In this document: positions 33,221 to 35,788 of the stretch, one piece after another | Numbering within the stretch: the first letter of the stretch is position 1 | Layout of the letters: each line of letters starts with the position of its first letter | NCBI GenBank assembly: GCA_049306055.1 | Contig: JBAQPT010000094.1 | Coordinates: 1 to 35,788, forward strand | Direction of reading: 5' to 3' | Length of the DNA stretch: 35,788 nucleotides | Source of the DNA: Minisyncoccia bacterium | GTDB lineage: Bacteria; Patescibacteriota; Minisyncoccia; Phycocordibacterales; UBA2100 | Program-made: the position numbers and the translations under genes | The notes under the pieces: model-generated | What the model was told of the DNA's origin: nothing | The model's database searches: none | Seen by the model: only the letters and a program-made list of their open reading frames with translations

Positions 33221-33249
33221 ACTATATAGCATCTCGCACGTTGACACAA
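33221..33249 (-). promoter_or_regulatory. Sigma-70-like promoter candidate for lepB, implying a leaderless or near-leaderless mRNA
   Basis: On the minus strand TTGTGT (33249-33244) is followed by a 17-nt spacer and TATAGT (33226-33221). The -10 element ends 7 nt before ATG 33213. Confidence 0.3.
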
Positions 33250-33351
33250 AGTATTTCGAGTGTTGGATGTGCATAATCTTCATTTTCGATGTAAAATTTG
33301 TCGCATGCATTTTCCTAGTCCCTATAACCTGACACCGGAAACCTATTTTCT

Positions 33352-33942
33352 ATGACATGGGTCATTGTTGGTCTCGGAAATCCTGATGACGAGTATATTC
33401 ACACGCGCCACAACGCCGGTCGCATGGCAGTTGAGTATTTTGCAAAGCAGCACAAGCTCGACGAATGGAAAGATGATAAGAAGTCACGCTCGTTTCTCTT
33501 GCGCGGCACGCTCGGACGGGCGCTTGTCGCATGTGTTTTGCCGAATACCTACATGAACAAGTCCGGAACGGCGGTTGCGCATTTTGTAAAAAGTATAAAA
33601 GCAGCGGAAAAACTCGTGGTGGTGTATGACGAGCTCGCTTTACCGCTCGGCAGCATCAAAATTTCGTTTGATCGCGGCAGTGGCGGACATCGCGGTATTG
33701 ATTCGATCCTAAAAGCGATAAAGACGCGCGCATTTGTGCGTATTCGCATCGGTATTTCGCCGACGAACGCCGCGGGAGAGACAAAAAAGCCACAAGGCGA
33801 GAAAGATGTTGAGAAATTCATTCTCGGCGAATTCAAATCGACGGAACTTGCAGCACTGAAGGCCGCCTTGAAGCGCACGAACGAAGCGCTTGAGACAATT
33901 ATTACGGACGGCCGCGAGAAGGCGATGAATTCGTTTAATTAA
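33352..33942 (+). CDS. pth: Peptidyl-tRNA hydrolase
   Basis: VIVGLGNPDDEYIHTRHNAGRMAVEYFA is the canonical GLGNPG..Y..TRHN motif. Further matches are NTYMNKSG, VVYDELALPLGSIKI and GGHRGIDSI. Confidence 0.95.
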   Translation: MTWVIVGLGNPDDEYIHTRHNAGRMAVEYFAKQHKLDEWKDDKKSRSFLLRGTLGRALVACVLPNTYMNKSGTAVAHFVKSIKAAEKLVVVYDELALPLGSIKISFDRGSGGHRGIDSILKAIKTRAFVRIRIGISPTNAAGETKKPQGEKDVEKFILGEFKSTELAALKAALKRTNEALETIITDGREKAMNSFN

Positions 33943-34073
33943 AGACGCCGTTCAAAAGTTATACACAAGGAACGCGCTGCTTCAGCCTTTCTTCATGAAC
34001 GCGCGTTTATACTGCGCACTATTATATACAGCCGCACGAACGGGGAGTCGTGTGTTAGACACATTAAACTCTT

Positions 34074-35788
34074 ATGGGAAACAGAGTGACGGCAGCATCT
34101 TTTATCAGCATTATGCTCGCGGCGCTTGTTGCCGCGTTTTTATTTAATCCACAACCAGCAGCTGCGGCGCGCAATGATTCACGCGTGGGCCCCGCGTCGT
34201 TTGCGTTCAGTCTCATCGACCAAGTGACACAGCGCCTCTGCGATCGGCAAAAATCGCTCGGCAATCGCTTGCGCATTCCGCTCGTCAATCCGGCGAAATG
34301 TAACCAGGCGCCGCCGGATGCGGAACCAACCGTGACGCTCACCGCCGATCCGACGAGTATCAGCGCAGGCGAATCAACAACACTCACCTGGACATCTGAA
34401 GACGCGGTTTCGTGCGAAGCGTTTCTTGGCTGGAGCGGCACAAAAGCGCTCAATGGTTCGCAGTCGGTTTCTCCGACTGAGACGACGACCTACCAGCTTG
34501 ACTGCACCGGCCCTGGCGGCGTCGGAAGCGACGACGCGACAGTAACGGTTGTCGTAGAAGAACCGGACGAACCGACTGTTGAAATTACGGCAGATCCGAT
34601 GACGATCACTGCAGGCGCTTCTTCAACACTGACGTGGAATTCAGATAATGCAGACACATGCACAGCTTCGAATGGATGGAGTGGAGGAAAAGTAGTTGAT
34701 GGGACCCAAAGTGTCGCGCCGGCACAAACGACAACGTACGCAATTTCGTGCACCGGTGACGGCGGAACAGCGAATGACAGCGTCACGGTGACGGTCAATC
34801 AAGCGGAACCAGAGGAAGGCACGCTTATCGTGCGCAAGGTTCTCATTCGCGACAATGGTTCTACAGCAGCGACGACGTCATTCTCATTCACTGTGAACGC
34901 CGGGGGCGCGGTTTCGTTTGAAGCAGACGGGGAGAACAGCATTCCAGTCGATGCGGGGACCTATTCGGTGGTTGAAACTGCAGCAACCGGATTCACGACT
35001 TCGTACAATAACTGCTCCAACGTCGCTGTCGCCGATGGCGAGACAGAAACCTGTACAATCACCAACAACGACAATGCGCCGGAAACAGGCACGCTCGTTG
35101 TTCGTAAAGTGGTAATCCGCGACAATGGCGGCACTGCCGCGACAACATCGTTCTCATTCCAAGTAGATGGAAACGCGGCGGTCGCATTCGAGGCGGACGC
35201 AGAAAATAGCATGAGCGTGAGCGTCGGCACGCACTCGGTTGTTGAAGTTGCAGCAAGCGGCTACACGACGACGTACGACAATTGTACCGATGTCGCTGTT
35301 GCCAATGGCGAAACAGAAACGTGCGTCATTACGAACAACGATGTTGCGGGAGTGCCTGACACCGCGACGCTCACGCTGGTAAAAGTTGTTCTCAATAACA
35401 GCGAAGGCGGTGTGGATGCTGTCGCAACCGAATGGACACTTTCCGCGGACGGTCCGACTGATATTTCCGGCGTCACCGGAAATGCTGCGGTCACCAATGC
35501 GACGGTTGATGTCGGAACGTACACACTTTCCGAATCAAATGGTCCGAGCGGATACACGGCTTCGTCGTTCGTCTGTCAGAAAAATGACGGGCCTGATGTG
35601 ATCGGGAACTCTATTACGCTCGTTGATGGCGACGATGCAACGTGCACGATTACAAATGATGACAATGCGCAGCAAGGCGGTGTGAATCATCTCTTGATCA
35701 GCGAAGTGTATTACGACGTCAGCAACAGCACGACGACGAATATTCGTGGCGAAGAAAATACAAACGAATGGTTCGAACTCTACAATCC
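34074..35788 (+). CDS. Large secreted adhesin-like protein, 3'-partial (runs off window): 2 Ig-like repeats + 3 prealbumin/SpaA-like repeats + start of a lamin-tail domain
   Basis: It is absent from the supplied ORF track, but my own translation from ATG 34074 is open for 571 codons to the window end. Signal/anchor: MGNRVTAASFISIMLAALVAAFLF. Ig-like repeats are at ~34326-34553 and ~34572-34796 (TLTADPTSISAGESTTLTWTS..C..GWSG...TTTYQLDCTG). Repeats GTLIVRKVLIRDNG..TSFSF...GTYSVVE...GETETCTITNND are at ~34818-35075, ~35088-35345 and ~35364-35666. LLISEVYYDV...NEWFELYN at ~35685 onward matches the LTD motif. Confidence 0.85.
   Translation, partial: MGNRVTAASFISIMLAALVAAFLFNPQPAAAARNDSRVGPASFAFSLIDQVTQRLCDRQKSLGNRLRIPLVNPAKCNQAPPDAEPTVTLTADPTSISAGESTTLTWTSEDAVSCEAFLGWSGTKALNGSQSVSPTETTTYQLDCTGPGGVGSDDATVTVVVEEPDEPTVEITADPMTITAGASSTLTWNSDNADTCTASNGWSGGKVVDGTQSVAPAQTTTYAISCTGDGGTANDSVTVTVNQAEPEEGTLIVRKVLIRDNGSTAATTSFSFTVNAGGAVSFEADGENSIPVDAGTYSVVETAATGFTTSYNNCSNVAVADGETETCTITNNDNAPETGTLVVRKVVIRDNGGTAATTSFSFQVDGNAAVAFEADAENSMSVSVGTHSVVEVAASGYTTTYDNCTDVAVANGETETCVITNNDVAGVPDTATLTLVKVVLNNSEGGVDAVATEWTLSADGPTDISGVTGNAAVTNATVDVGTYTLSESNGPSGYTASSFVCQKNDGPDVIGNSITLVDGDDATCTITNDDNAQQGGVNHLLISEVYYDVSNSTTTNIRGEENTNEWFELYN

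Noticed and set aside
34064-35557. Four minus-strand ORFs (34064-34453, 34490-34798, 34961-35230, 35261-35557)
   Set aside because: All are antisense shadows of the uninterrupted plus-strand adhesin ORF starting at 34074. That ORF has repeated, recognisable domains.
1-35788. CRISPR arrays, IS elements/transposases, integrases, rRNA/tRNA genes
   Set aside because: No regularly spaced direct repeats were seen. No DDE/tyrosine/serine recombinase motifs appear in any ORF, and no terminal inverted repeats flank a gene. No cloverleaf-compatible segments were found in the few intergenic gaps.

Overview
The window is moderately GC-rich by eye and tightly packed, with many 4-nt ATGA/GTGA start-stop overlaps. 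All family calls come from motifs read in the translations; no searches were run. About three quarters of it (25-26760) is one large accessory cell-surface island. The island holds: (1) a MacB/FtsX-type ABC transporter pair whose ATPase carries an unusual C-terminal extension. (2) Three copies of a cassette in which a secreted Thr/Ser-rich beta-protein is followed by a membrane anchor with two Ig-like halves; this resembles Firmicute WxL + DUF916/DUF3324 surface complexes. (3) A cohesin/dockerin set of three cohesin and three dockerin genes with no carbohydrate-active enzyme. (4) A roughly 1,880-aa fibre protein built from phage-tail-fibre-like modules, preceded by a membrane-tethered HTH protein. 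(5) Several small anchored or acidic accessory proteins. The right end (26770-33942) is housekeeping: a TlpA-like thioredoxin, a PQQ-type sugar dehydrogenase, a GlsB/YeaQ-type membrane protein, a GT4 glycosyltransferase, a HisRS-like protein with degenerate catalytic motifs, signal peptidase I and peptidyl-tRNA hydrolase. A highly structured 375-nt gene-free region lies at 31001-31375. A further large adhesin gene (34074 to the window end) is missing from the supplied ORF track because it has no in-window stop. I recognised no rRNA, tRNA, CRISPR array, transposase, integrase or phage structural module. Gene content suggests an uncultured small-genome, monoderm-type lineage (CPR/Patescibacteria-like); that is inference only. 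The best candidate for an undescribed system is the combined cassette + cohesin/dockerin + giant-fibre surface apparatus.
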